In this document: piece by piece, positions 16,229 to 24,530 of the stretch
How positions within the stretch are numbered: the first letter of the stretch is position 1
How the letters are laid out: the number at the start of each line of letters is the position of its first letter
From: Chlamydiota bacterium
GTDB lineage: Bacteria; Auribacterota; JACPWU01
Length of the DNA: 28,240 nt
Assembly (NCBI GenBank): GCA_016196885.1
Contig: JACPWU010000008.1
Coordinates: forward strand, 1-28,240
Reading direction: 5' to 3'
Notes under the pieces: model-generated
Database searches by the model: none
The model's input: the letters and a program-made list of their open reading frames with translations, nothing else
Told to the model about the DNA's origin: nothing
Translations under genes and position numbers: made by a program

Positions 16229-16702
16229 ATGAAGCATACCATTTCTGTGTTGGTAGAGAATAAATTTGGTGTCTTGGCCAGAATTTCAGGCCTTTTCAGC
16301 GGTCGGGGTTTTAACATTGACAGCCTGGCGGTTGGCGAGACTCAGGATCCAGCCGTTTCCCGCATGACCATTGTGGTCGAAGGAGATGATTTGGTTCTGG
16401 AGCAGGTCGTCAAGCAATTGAATAAATTAATTGACGTGATTAAAGTGATCGATATGAAGGGGAAGGAACGCATTGAGCGGGAATTAGTTTTGATCAAAGT
16501 TTCTGCCAACGCCAAGACGCGTTCTGAGATTATGCAGATGGTGGATATCTTCAGAGCCAAGATTGTCGATGTGGCTCATGAATCTTTGACCATCGAGATT
16601 ACAGGGGATGAATCGAAGATTCATGGTTTCTTTGACTTAATGAAAGGTTTTGGAATCAAAGAGGTTGCGAGAACAGGGAAAGTCGCATTGCTACGGGAGT
16701 AG
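16229..16702 (+). CDS. ilvH: Acetolactate synthase small (regulatory) subunit
   Basis: 157 aa. MKHTISVLVENKFGVLARISGLFSGRGFNIDSLAV is the canonical ACT-domain N-terminus of IlvH/IlvN. Confidence 0.9.
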   Translation: MKHTISVLVENKFGVLARISGLFSGRGFNIDSLAVGETQDPAVSRMTIVVEGDDLVLEQVVKQLNKLIDVIKVIDMKGKERIERELVLIKVSANAKTRSEIMQMVDIFRAKIVDVAHESLTIEITGDESKIHGFFDLMKGFGIKEVARTGKVALLRE

Positions 16703-16782
16703 TCGTGGGTCGTCAATCGTGAGTTCTGAGGTTTAAAGGTTTTTATCTTTTACTCACGACTCACCCCCCACGACTCACGACT
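16701..16782. repeat. Heptad-periodic imperfect hairpin between ilvH and ilvC
   Basis: Left arm AGTCGTG GGTCGTC AATCGTG AGTTCTG (16701-16728). Right arm ACTCACG ACTCACC CCCCACG ACTCACG (16752-16779). Perfect pairings: 16701-16709 with 16767-16775, and 16717-16724 with 16752-16759. Confidence 0.75.
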
Positions 16783-16840
16783 GATTTTGTAGGCTCAAGA
16801 CGAATGACTATTTTTGAATAGGACTTAAAAGGAGATCGTT

Positions 16841-17857
16841 ATGACCAAGATGTATTATGACAAAGATGCAGATTTGAAATTTCTAAAAGGGAAAACGGTT
16901 GCCATTTTGGGTTATGGCAGTCAGGGACATGCCCATGCTTTGAATTTAAAAGACAGCGGTGTCAAAGTCATCATTGGTCTTTATAAAGGCAGCAAGTCCT
17001 GGAAAGAAGCCGAGAACGCGGGTCTCGATGTTTTTGAATCAGTGGAGGCTGCAAAAAAGGCCGATTGTATCATGATGTTGGTTTCAGATATGAAAGCGCC
17101 TTCAGTTTATGAAGAATCTGTGGCTCCAAATTTAAAAAAGGGTAAATCTTTAGCTTTCGCGCATGGGTTTAACATTCATTTTGGACAAATTGTTCCGCCC
17201 TCTGATATAGATGTTTTTATGATTGCGCCAAAAGGCCCCGGTCATTTGGTGCGTCGTACCTATACAGAAGGGGGTGGTGTTCCTGCGCTGGTGGCGGTTT
17301 ATCAGGATGCGACAGGGAAGGCTCATGAAATTGCTTTGGCTTATGCCAAGGGAATTGGAGCGGCCAGGTCGGGTGTTTTGGAAACTACTTTTCGTGAGGA
17401 AACGGAAACGGATTTATTTGGAGAACAGGTTGTTCTTTGCGGAGGTCTTTCTGAGTCGATTCGGGCAGGTTTTGATACGCTCGTTGCGGCGGGCTATCAA
17501 CCCGAAGTGGCCTATTTTGAATGTCTTCACGAGGTAAAATTGATTGTAGATTTAATTTATGAAGGTGGAATTTCCAATATGAGAAAATCCATCAGCGAGA
17601 CGGCGAAATATGGTGACATTTCTCGGGGACGCAGAATTGTCAATGATGAGACCCGTCAACGAATGAAAGAAATTTTGCGTGAGATTCAAGATGGTGAGTT
17701 CGCGAGAGAATGGATTTTGGAGAATAAAGCCAATCGCCCTGTCTATAATGCCATGTTAAAAAAGGACTCAGAGCATTTGATTGAAAAGGTGGGAGAGAAG
17801 TTGAGAAAGTTGATGCCGTGGTTGGGGGGAAGAGAGATTAAACGAAAGCTGGTTTAA
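16841..17857 (+). CDS. ilvC: Ketol-acid reductoisomerase
   Basis: 338 aa. [19 protein letters not shown] Rossmann motif and class I KARI length. GGAG RBS 7 nt upstream. Confidence 0.95.
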   Translation: MTKMYYDKDADLKFLKGKTVAILGYGSQGHAHALNLKDSGVKVIIGLYKGSKSWKEAENAGLDVFESVEAAKKADCIMMLVSDMKAPSVYEESVAPNLKKGKSLAFAHGFNIHFGQIVPPSDIDVFMIAPKGPGHLVRRTYTEGGGVPALVAVYQDATGKAHEIALAYAKGIGAARSGVLETTFREETETDLFGEQVVLCGGLSESIRAGFDTLVAAGYQPEVAYFECLHEVKLIVDLIYEGGISNMRKSISETAKYGDISRGRRIVNDETRQRMKEILREIQDGEFAREWILENKANRPVYNAMLKKDSEHLIEKVGEKLRKLMPWLGGREIKRKLV

Positions 17858-17878
17858 AGGTTCAAAGGTTTAAAAGAT

Positions 17879-19414
17879 ATGCCAGAGAAAATCATTGTAT
17901 TCGACACGACTTTGCGCGACGGAGAACAGGCGCCGGGTGCCAGTCTTAATTTGCGTGAGAAGCTAGAAGTTGCTCATCAATTGGCCATTTTAAATGTGGA
18001 CGTGATTGAGGGCGGTTTTCCCATTGCCTCGCCCGATGATTTTGAGGCGGTGAAGGCCATCTCTGCTGAGGTGAAGGGCCCTCGCATTGCTGGACTTGCG
18101 CGTGCTCTGGACAAAGATATAGAGAAGGCAGCTCAGGCGTTGGAAAAAGCGGCTTTGTCTCGCATCCATGTCTTTTTGGCCACGTCTCCCATTCACATGA
18201 AGTACAAACTCAAAAAGGCGGAGGATGAAATTTTACGCATGGCGGTAGAGGGTGTTCGAAAGGCCCGTAAATATGTGGACGATGTGGAATTTTCTCCCGA
18301 GGATGCTTCTCGAACGGAACCTACTTTTTTGGCAAAGGTGGTCGAGGCGGTCATTGAGGCAGGAGCTGGCACTGTCAACATTCCAGACACGGTGGGTTAT
18401 GCATTCCCAGAAGAATTTGGAAGTTTAATTCTCTATTTAAAAGAGCATGTGAAAAATATTGCAAAAGCCATTATCAGTGTTCATTGTCACAATGATTTGG
18501 GTTTGGCGGTGGCGAATTCTCTGTCCGCGGTTCGAAATGGGGCTCGCCAGGTGGAGTGCACTGTCAATGGCATTGGAGAACGTGCAGGAAACGCCTCGCT
18601 CGAGGAAATTGTGATGACGATTAAGACACGCAAAGACCTTTTTAAAGGTATAGAGACTAAAATCAACACGCAGCAAATTATTAAGACAAGCCGGCTGGTG
18701 AGCAATTTAACGGGCATGGTGGTGCAGCCAAACAAGGCGATTGTCGGAGAAAATGCCTTTGCCCATGAATCGGGGATTCACCAGGATGGGATGTTAAAAG
18801 AAAGAACGACGTATGAAATCATGAGCCCAGAAGAGGTGGGCCTATCTTCAAGCAATTTGGTTTTGGGAAAACATTCCGGTCGGCATGCCTTTCGGGAGCG
18901 ATTGAAACAATTGGGTTTTAATTTGGGATCGGAAGAGTTGGATCGCTTATTCGAAAAATTTAAGATTTTGGCCGATAAAAAGAAAGTCGTTTATGACGAA
19001 GATTTGGTCGCGTTGGCTGAGGATGAATTGGCCCAAGTCCCAGAGATCTTTCAATTGGAATACCTTCATATTTCGAGTGGGAATACCACCGTTCCTACTG
19101 CAACGGTCCGTCTAAAAAAAGAGAAGGACATTTTGGAAGATGCAGCTTGTGGGGATGGCCCCGTGGATGCGGCTTATAACACCATTGATCGCATTACGGG
19201 GATGAAAGGGAAGTTGATGGATTATTCTTTAAGGGCCATCACCAGTGGGAAGGATGCGCAGGGAGAGGTGGTCGTCAAGGTTCAGATTGATTCTCGTGTC
19301 GTGACCGGAAAAGGGACTTCTACCGATGTGATCGAAGCCAGCGCCCGCGCCTATTTGAACGCGATTAATCGGGTTTTGTATATCAAAGAGAAGAAGGATG
19401 TGAAGGGGGTTTAG
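17879..19414 (+). CDS. leuA: 2-isopropylmalate synthase
   Basis: 511 aa. [27 protein letters not shown] and the C-terminal LeuA dimerisation/regulatory domain. Confidence 0.95.
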   Translation: MPEKIIVFDTTLRDGEQAPGASLNLREKLEVAHQLAILNVDVIEGGFPIASPDDFEAVKAISAEVKGPRIAGLARALDKDIEKAAQALEKAALSRIHVFLATSPIHMKYKLKKAEDEILRMAVEGVRKARKYVDDVEFSPEDASRTEPTFLAKVVEAVIEAGAGTVNIPDTVGYAFPEEFGSLILYLKEHVKNIAKAIISVHCHNDLGLAVANSLSAVRNGARQVECTVNGIGERAGNASLEEIVMTIKTRKDLFKGIETKINTQQIIKTSRLVSNLTGMVVQPNKAIVGENAFAHESGIHQDGMLKERTTYEIMSPEEVGLSSSNLVLGKHSGRHAFRERLKQLGFNLGSEELDRLFEKFKILADKKKVVYDEDLVALAEDELAQVPEIFQLEYLHISSGNTTVPTATVRLKKEKDILEDAACGDGPVDAAYNTIDRITGMKGKLMDYSLRAITSGKDAQGEVVVKVQIDSRVVTGKGTSTDVIEASARAYLNAINRVLYIKEKKDVKGV

Positions 19415-19419
19415 TAACC

Positions 19420-19454
19420 CACAGAAGGCAGAGGTCAGAAAACAGAATTCAGAA
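19420..19454. repeat. Five tandem heptads nnCAGAr directly after leuA
   Basis: CACAGAA GGCAGAG GTCAGAA AACAGAA TTCAGAA. I found no complementary arm downstream. Confidence 0.8.
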
Positions 19455-19504
19455 CAATACCGTTCAATTTTATAACTTTTTCCTTCCTTTTCGGTTTAAT
19501 TTCT

Positions 19505-20359
19505 ATGAATCATCAGAAATTTTTGTGTGGTATCTTTGGTTTCCCTATTGCTCACTCGGCTTCTCCTGCGATGCAGAATGCTGCCTTTCGTGCTTTGGGA
19601 CTGGAGGGGGTTTATCTCCCCTTCGAAATTTTACCTCGCCATCTTGAAAAGGCAATGGAAGCCATTCGTGTTTTAAATTTTGCAGGTGTGAATGTGACCA
19701 TTCCTTATAAGGAAAAAGTGATTCCTTATCTTGATGCCTTAAGTCCAGAGGCAAAATTGATCGGCGCTGTGAATACCATTCAGAATAAAGAAGGAAGGCT
19801 CATCGGCCATAACACGGATGCTCCTGGCATCAAGAGGGCCTTGGAGGAAGGCTGGGGACGTTCTTTAAAAAATGCGAATGTTGTTTTGCTGGGGGCAGGC
19901 GGTGCCGCCAGAGCTGTTGCTGTCCAAGCGGGTTTGTCGGGTGTCAGAAAAATAGTGATTATCAATCGAAGCCGAAGGCGCCTCAAGAATTTAATTTTGC
20001 ATTTGAAAGAATCTTTCCCCAAAATGCAAGTGAGAGGATTTTCCTCTGGAGATTCAGAGGCACGTTCGGAAGTTTTGGAAGCGGATTGTCTTGTGAATGC
20101 GACCCCTCTTGGGATGAGTCCCATGGATCCTGAACCTTGCCCTCCTCGTGATTTAGATCCGAGAACGTATGTCTACGACTTGGTTTATCGGCCTATGGAG
20201 TCCCATTGGGTGAAGGAGGCGATAGAACGGGGATGCCGGGGATCTGGTGGAAGTTCCATGCTTCTTTATCAAGGTGCCTTGGCTTTTAAAATTTGGACAG
20301 GTCATCGGCCTCCGATAGAGGTCATGAGACAAGCTTTGATGGAGTGCCTGAAAGGATAA
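19505..20359 (+). CDS. aroE: Shikimate dehydrogenase
   Basis: 284 aa. GIFGFPIAHSASPAMQNAAF, NVTIPYKE, GAVNT, GAGGAARAV. Confidence 0.9.
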   Translation: MNHQKFLCGIFGFPIAHSASPAMQNAAFRALGLEGVYLPFEILPRHLEKAMEAIRVLNFAGVNVTIPYKEKVIPYLDALSPEAKLIGAVNTIQNKEGRLIGHNTDAPGIKRALEEGWGRSLKNANVVLLGAGGAARAVAVQAGLSGVRKIVIINRSRRRLKNLILHLKESFPKMQVRGFSSGDSEARSEVLEADCLVNATPLGMSPMDPEPCPPRDLDPRTYVYDLVYRPMESHWVKEAIERGCRGSGGSSMLLYQGALAFKIWTGHRPPIEVMRQALMECLKG

Positions 20360-20407
20360 AAAGAGCCAAAACTCATGTTTTTTTATTGATTTTTGGCTCT
20401 TTTTATT
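20360..20407 (+). terminator. Rho-independent terminator-like hairpin after aroE
   Basis: AGAGCCAAAA (20362-20371) pairs with TTTTGGCTCT (20391-20400), followed by TTTTATT. Confidence 0.6.
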
Positions 20408-20430
20408 CCCGTAAGTTTTTCTGGACGACG

Positions 20431-21249
20431 ATGATGATTCCAACATCGATTTTTATTTTCATATTAGCCGCGTGTATCGGCAGTTTTCTCAATGTTTGCG
20501 TTTATCGGCTGCCGCGGGGGCGTTCTCTCTGGGGGCCGCGCTCTTTTTGTCCTCATTGTTCTCGCACCATTCCTTGGTACGATAATGTTCCGATTTTAAG
20601 CTTTATCATTCTCTGGGGACGATGCCGCTTTTGTGAAAAAGAAATCTCTTTGCGATATCCCTTGGGGGAATGCCTCAGTGCCTTTCTGACATTGATGGTT
20701 TGGAATCATGCTATTCAAGCCGATCTTCATTGGACTGAAATTTCGATCCGTCTTCTCTTGACTTATGCCTTGATTGTGGTCACTTTGATTGATTTAGAAT
20801 TTTATATTATTCCGGATGAAATTACTTATGGCGGGCTGGTTGTTTCTTTTTTTCTTGTTTTTGTGATGCCAGGGCATTGGCATGCCGTGAGTCGTGTCAG
20901 TGCCTTACTTAGGATGTTGCTGGGGCTTTTAGCGGGGGGAGGAAGTCTTTTTTTAGTAGGTGAGGTCGCAAAATTTCTCATGAAAAAAGAAGCCATGGGA
21001 TTGGGAGATGTGAAATTGATGGCGATGGTGGGTGCTCTTCTGGGCTGGAAGACAGCCCTTTTTTCGATTATGATGGCGTCTATTATTGGTTCCGTCGTGG
21101 GCGTTCTTTTTATTTTGATGAAGCGGCTTAAAATGGAAAGCCGGATCCCTTTTGGTCCCTTTCTTTCGCTAGGGACTTTTATCTTCATGATGTGGGGGGA
21201 TGAGATTTTAAGATGGTATTTGAACCTCTTATATGTTGTTAGGATGTGA
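20431..21249 (+). CDS. pilD: Prepilin peptidase (A24 family, type IV leader peptidase/N-methyltransferase)
   Basis: 272 aa from the internal ATG at 20431. CIGSFLNVCVYRLP, the CPHC...CRFC zinc motif, and the two aspartyl motifs IPDE and GLGDVKLMA. The track start at 20293 would overlap aroE by 67 nt. Confidence 0.85.
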   Translation: MMIPTSIFIFILAACIGSFLNVCVYRLPRGRSLWGPRSFCPHCSRTIPWYDNVPILSFIILWGRCRFCEKEISLRYPLGECLSAFLTLMVWNHAIQADLHWTEISIRLLLTYALIVVTLIDLEFYIIPDEITYGGLVVSFFLVFVMPGHWHAVSRVSALLRMLLGLLAGGGSLFLVGEVAKFLMKKEAMGLGDVKLMAMVGALLGWKTALFSIMMASIIGSVVGVLFILMKRLKMESRIPFGPFLSLGTFIFMMWGDEILRWYLNLLYVVRM

Positions 21250-21256
21250 AAAAAAG

Positions 21257-21345
21257 AGTCTTGAGTTTTAAGTTCAAAGTTTTAAGTTAAAAACAAAATC
21301 TTTAAAAACTCAAAACTCAAAACTCAAAACTCAAAACTAAGAACT
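21257..21345. repeat. Heptad-periodic hairpin between pilD and aroK, including near-perfect (CAAAACT) tandem repeats
   Basis: Left arm AGTCTTG AGTTTTA AGTTCAA AGTTTTA AGTTAAA (21257-21291). Right arm AAAAACT then CAAAACT x4 then AAGAACT (21304-21345). AGTnnnn and nnnnACT are complementary. Confidence 0.85.
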
Positions 21346-21351
21346 GTCTTT

Positions 21352-21867
21352 ATGAACATTGTCCTTTTTGGTTTTATGGGAACAGGCAAGAGTGCTGTGG
21401 CACAGGTGTTGGCCAGGCGTCTCTCGTTGCGTTGGGTGGACATGGATCATGTGATTGAAGAAAGAGAGAAATGTTCGATTGAGGAAATTTTCGAAAAAAA
21501 GGGGGAGGCTTTTTTTCGCCAACGGGAAAGAGATTTAGTAAGAGAATTGACTCAACAAAATGATTTGGTGATTTCGACGGGAGGAGGCGTGGTTTTAAAT
21601 TCTCAAAACATGAATGATTTTGAGAAATGGGGTTTTGGGATTTGTCTCAGTGCAAGTTTGGATGTGATTCTGGAGCGGACGCAGCGCTCTTTTGCTAAAT
21701 CTCATTTTAGGAGCCGTCCTTTGCTCAAAGGGGCCCATCCCACAAAAAGAATTGAAGAATTGCTTGCCATGCGCAGGCCCTATTATGAGAGAATTTCCCA
21801 TCAGATTGATACGACAGGAAAATCTGTTCATGATGTGGTAGAAACGATTGTAAAATGGGTGGAATAA
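21352..21867 (+). CDS. aroK: Shikimate kinase
   Basis: 171 aa. P-loop FGFMGTGKS and the ISTGGG motif. Confidence 0.9.
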   Translation: MNIVLFGFMGTGKSAVAQVLARRLSLRWVDMDHVIEEREKCSIEEIFEKKGEAFFRQRERDLVRELTQQNDLVISTGGGVVLNSQNMNDFEKWGFGICLSASLDVILERTQRSFAKSHFRSRPLLKGAHPTKRIEELLAMRRPYYERISHQIDTTGKSVHDVVETIVKWVE

Positions 21868-21914
21868 AATAAGTGGTCAGCGCTCAGCAATCAGCGTTCA
21901 GTAAAAATAAATTA

Positions 21915-22052
21915 GGCATATGCACTTGATTCCCCTTTGTAGTCGCCCGATTCATCGGGCAAACCCATGCAAGGGGCACAGCCCCATGAATGGGGCGACT
22001 ACAACTTCTTGCCATGGCGCTTGCTATCTAGGGGGAATCAAGTGCATATGCC
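21915..22052. mobile_element. 138-bp MITE-like element: perfect 21-bp terminal inverted repeats and 12-bp flanking direct repeat
   Basis: Left TIR GGCATATGCACTTGATTCCCC (21915-21935) is the exact reverse complement of 22032-22052. AAAAATAAATTA flanks both ends (21903-21914 and 22053-22064). A nested palindromic core lies at 21937-22004. No coding capacity. Confidence 0.7.
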
Positions 22053-22116
22053 AAAAATAAATTACTTCCTTGTAAACCGATTGCTGAACGCTTGTTTCAC
22101 TAAAAAAGAGGCACTT

Positions 22117-23202
22117 ATGGAAATCGTCAGAGTCGATTTAGGTCAACGCAGTTATGAGGTGATGATAGGGATTCATCTCATAGAAAAAGTAGGCGAATTG
22201 ATTTCCCATTTAGGGCTGGGATCTTCTTGTGCCTTGGTGACACATGAAAGGCTTTTTAAATTGTTTGGGGATTCTTTGATCGGTTCTTTGAAGGGAAGTC
22301 GTAAAAGGGTTTATCCTATTTTTGTGCCGGAGGGGGAGCATTCGAAGAGTTTTGAATGGGCAGAAAGAATCTATCAAGTGATGTTGGACAGTGGCCTGGA
22401 TCGGAGCTCTTTTGTTGTGGCTCTGGGTGGAGGGGTCGTTGGAGATCTGGCAGGTTTTGTGGCTGGGACTTACATGCGTGGGATTGATTTGGTACAGGTC
22501 CCGACGACCTTTCTGGCACAGGTGGATGCCAGCCTCGGAGGCAAGACGGCGATCAATTTAGCCAAGGGCAAGAATTTAGTGGGGGTTTTTCATCAACCCA
22601 AATTGGTCTTGGTGGATGTCGCTACCCTTGAGCATTTGAATCCAGCGGAGTATCGTTCGGGTTTGGGAGAGGTTGTTAAATATGGTGTGATTAAAGATGT
22701 AGAACTCTTTGAATTTTTAGAATCGCATGCTGAAGAAATCATGAAGAGAGATTTTGAGAGGTTGCAATGGGTCATTCATCACTCGGTTTCTGTGAAGGCA
22801 CTTGTGGTTTCACAGGATGAGAGAGAATCACATTTACGGGCCATTCTCAATTACGGTCATACCCTGGGTCATGCCCTAGAGGCTGCCACTCGTTATGGGC
22901 GCTACAAGCATGGAGAGGCCATTTCGATTGGGATGATGTGCGCCGCATGGATGGCCAAGGAAAGGGGTTTCTTGAAGGAAGAGGATTTCAACCGTCAAAC
23001 GGCTCTTCTCAAAAAATATGGACTACCGCTTTCTTATAAGAAGCCCAAACCTCGTGAAGTTTATTCTTATTTAGGGTCTGATAAGAAAAAGAGGCAAGGG
23101 GTTTTGACTTTTGTTTTGCCGAAGAAAATAGGTGAGGTTTTTCTCTGTCGAGATGTGTCTGAGAAGGCCATCATGAGTGCATTGGAGAAATTTCACAGGT
23201 GA
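22117..23202 (+). CDS. aroB: 3-dehydroquinate synthase
   Basis: 361 aa from ATG 22117 (MEIVRVDLGQRSYEV...). GGGVVGDLAGF, DASLGGKTAINL, and HTLGHALE metal ligands. The track start at 21967 lies inside the repeat element. Confidence 0.9.
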   Translation: MEIVRVDLGQRSYEVMIGIHLIEKVGELISHLGLGSSCALVTHERLFKLFGDSLIGSLKGSRKRVYPIFVPEGEHSKSFEWAERIYQVMLDSGLDRSSFVVALGGGVVGDLAGFVAGTYMRGIDLVQVPTTFLAQVDASLGGKTAINLAKGKNLVGVFHQPKLVLVDVATLEHLNPAEYRSGLGEVVKYGVIKDVELFEFLESHAEEIMKRDFERLQWVIHHSVSVKALVVSQDERESHLRAILNYGHTLGHALEAATRYGRYKHGEAISIGMMCAAWMAKERGFLKEEDFNRQTALLKKYGLPLSYKKPKPREVYSYLGSDKKKRQGVLTFVLPKKIGEVFLCRDVSEKAIMSALEKFHR

Positions 23203-23226
23203 TATCTATACGAAGTTCGATGAACG

Positions 23227-24321
23227 ATGTACGGTTTTTCTATGACTGAAAAAGAAGCCTTAATTTTATTGAACAGGGTGGAGGGAGTGGGGCCGCGCTC
23301 TCTTTTTAAGATCAAAGAGTGTTTCCCAGATGTGGCATCTATTTTTGGAAAAAGTGCAGCAGAGATTCAGGAAAAATGTTCTTTAAATCCAGAAGGGGTC
23401 CGCCACATTTTGGACGCACCTCGCAAGGTTGATCTTCAAAAAGAACTGGATTTTATTCGGGATGAGAAAATAAAGGTTTTAAGCCTTTGGGAGGAGGGGT
23501 ACCCCGCACTTCTCAAAGAAATTTATGATCCCCCTTGCCTTCTATATATGAAGGGGGAATACGATTTTGCGTTGCCGTGTGTGGCTTTGGTCGGGGCCCG
23601 CATTTCCACACTTTATGGGAATCAGACAGCTTATCGCTTGGCGTTTCAATTGGCATCAGCGGGCCTTGGCGTTGTGAGTGGTCTGGCGCGGGGCATTGAC
23701 ACCCATTCTCATTTGGGGGCCTTGGCGGCAAAGGGAGTGACCGTGGGCGTGATGGGATGTGGGATGCGGTATTTTTATCCCAAGGAAAATCGGTCTTTGG
23801 GAGAAAAAATGTTGGAGAGAGGTTGCCTTCTGACAGAATTCCCCTCTGAGGCGCCGCCTGTGGGGATCCATTTCCCTAGGCGCAATCGGATCATCAGCGG
23901 TTTATCTTTGGGGGTGGTGGTGGTCGAGGCGGCTCGCAAAAGCGGTTCTCTCATCACCGCCGATTTGGCCTTAGAACAAGGGCGCTCTGTTTTCGCGGTT
24001 CCTGGACAGGTCGATTCTCCCTCGGCCATGGGAACCCTGGGTTTAATTAAAGAAGGGGCAAAATTGGTTCAGACGGTAGAAGACATTCTGGAGGAATTAA
24101 ATTTAGAGGTAAAGATCCATCGCAGTGAAAATTCTCGAGAGCAGCCCTTTTCAGAAAATCCCGTTCTTAAAATTTTGACTCAAGATCCCTTGAATGTGGA
24201 TGAAATTTCTCAACGCGTTGAAATGAAAACTTCACAAGTGTTGCGACACTTGTTCGAATTAGAATTAAAGAGATTGGTTAAACAATTGCCAGGGAAGTAT
24301 TACGTGAAGAATAGCGGATAG
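23227..24321 (+). CDS. dprA: DNA-processing protein DprA (Smf)
   Basis: 364 aa. Rossmann-like core VVSGLARGIDTHSHLGAL, FPRRNRIISGLS, SGSLITA, and a C-terminal winged-helix tail. An alternative start at 23242 is possible. Confidence 0.9.
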   Translation: MYGFSMTEKEALILLNRVEGVGPRSLFKIKECFPDVASIFGKSAAEIQEKCSLNPEGVRHILDAPRKVDLQKELDFIRDEKIKVLSLWEEGYPALLKEIYDPPCLLYMKGEYDFALPCVALVGARISTLYGNQTAYRLAFQLASAGLGVVSGLARGIDTHSHLGALAAKGVTVGVMGCGMRYFYPKENRSLGEKMLERGCLLTEFPSEAPPVGIHFPRRNRIISGLSLGVVVVEAARKSGSLITADLALEQGRSVFAVPGQVDSPSAMGTLGLIKEGAKLVQTVEDILEELNLEVKIHRSENSREQPFSENPVLKILTQDPLNVDEISQRVEMKTSQVLRHLFELELKRLVKQLPGKYYVKNSG

Positions 24322-24399
24322 CGTTCAGCGGGCAGCGGTCAGTGAATAGGAAGCTGATTTTTTTCTGTACGCTATCCGCTATCCGCTGTACGCTAATAA
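24313..24399. repeat. Heptad-periodic hairpin overlapping the dprA stop
   Basis: Left arm GCGGATA GCGTTCA GCGGGCA GCGGTCA GTGAATA (24314-24348). Right arm CTGTACG CTATCCG CTATCCG CTGTACG CTAATAA (24365-24399). AGCGGATAGCG pairs with CGCTATCCGCT. Confidence 0.8.
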
Positions 24400-24400
24400 A

Positions 24401-24494
24401 GAAATGGGTCTATGCACTTGATTTCCCCGTTTGTAGTCGCCCGATTCATCGGGCAGTCTATGCACGGCCCCATAAATGGGGCGACTACAAAGAA
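24401..24494. mobile_element. Truncated second copy of the MITE-like element (left TIR plus core, no right TIR), bracketed by a 17-bp direct repeat
   Basis: 24407-24491 aligns with 21915-22004: GGTCTATGCACTTGATTTCCCCGTTTGTAGTCGCCCGATTCATCGGGCA...GCCCCATAAATGGGGCGACTACAAA. CGCTGTACGCTAATAAA occurs at 24384-24400 and 24495-24511. Confidence 0.65.
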
Positions 24495-24530
24495 CGCTGT
24501 ACGCTAATAAAAAAATTGTAAGGAGCATGA

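Noticed and set aside
20293-20430. 46-codon extension of the prepilin peptidase ORF overlapping the aroE 3' end and its terminator
   Set aside because: The extension has no peptidase-like sequence and spans the aroE terminator hairpin. ATG 20431 starts directly at the first TM helix, as is typical of PilD.
21967-22116. 50-codon N-terminal extension of the aroB ORF given by the track (start 21967)
   Set aside because: The extension is read through the MITE-like palindromic element and has no RBS. ATG 22117 gives the canonical AroB N-terminus MEIVRVDLG... with AAGAGG upstream.
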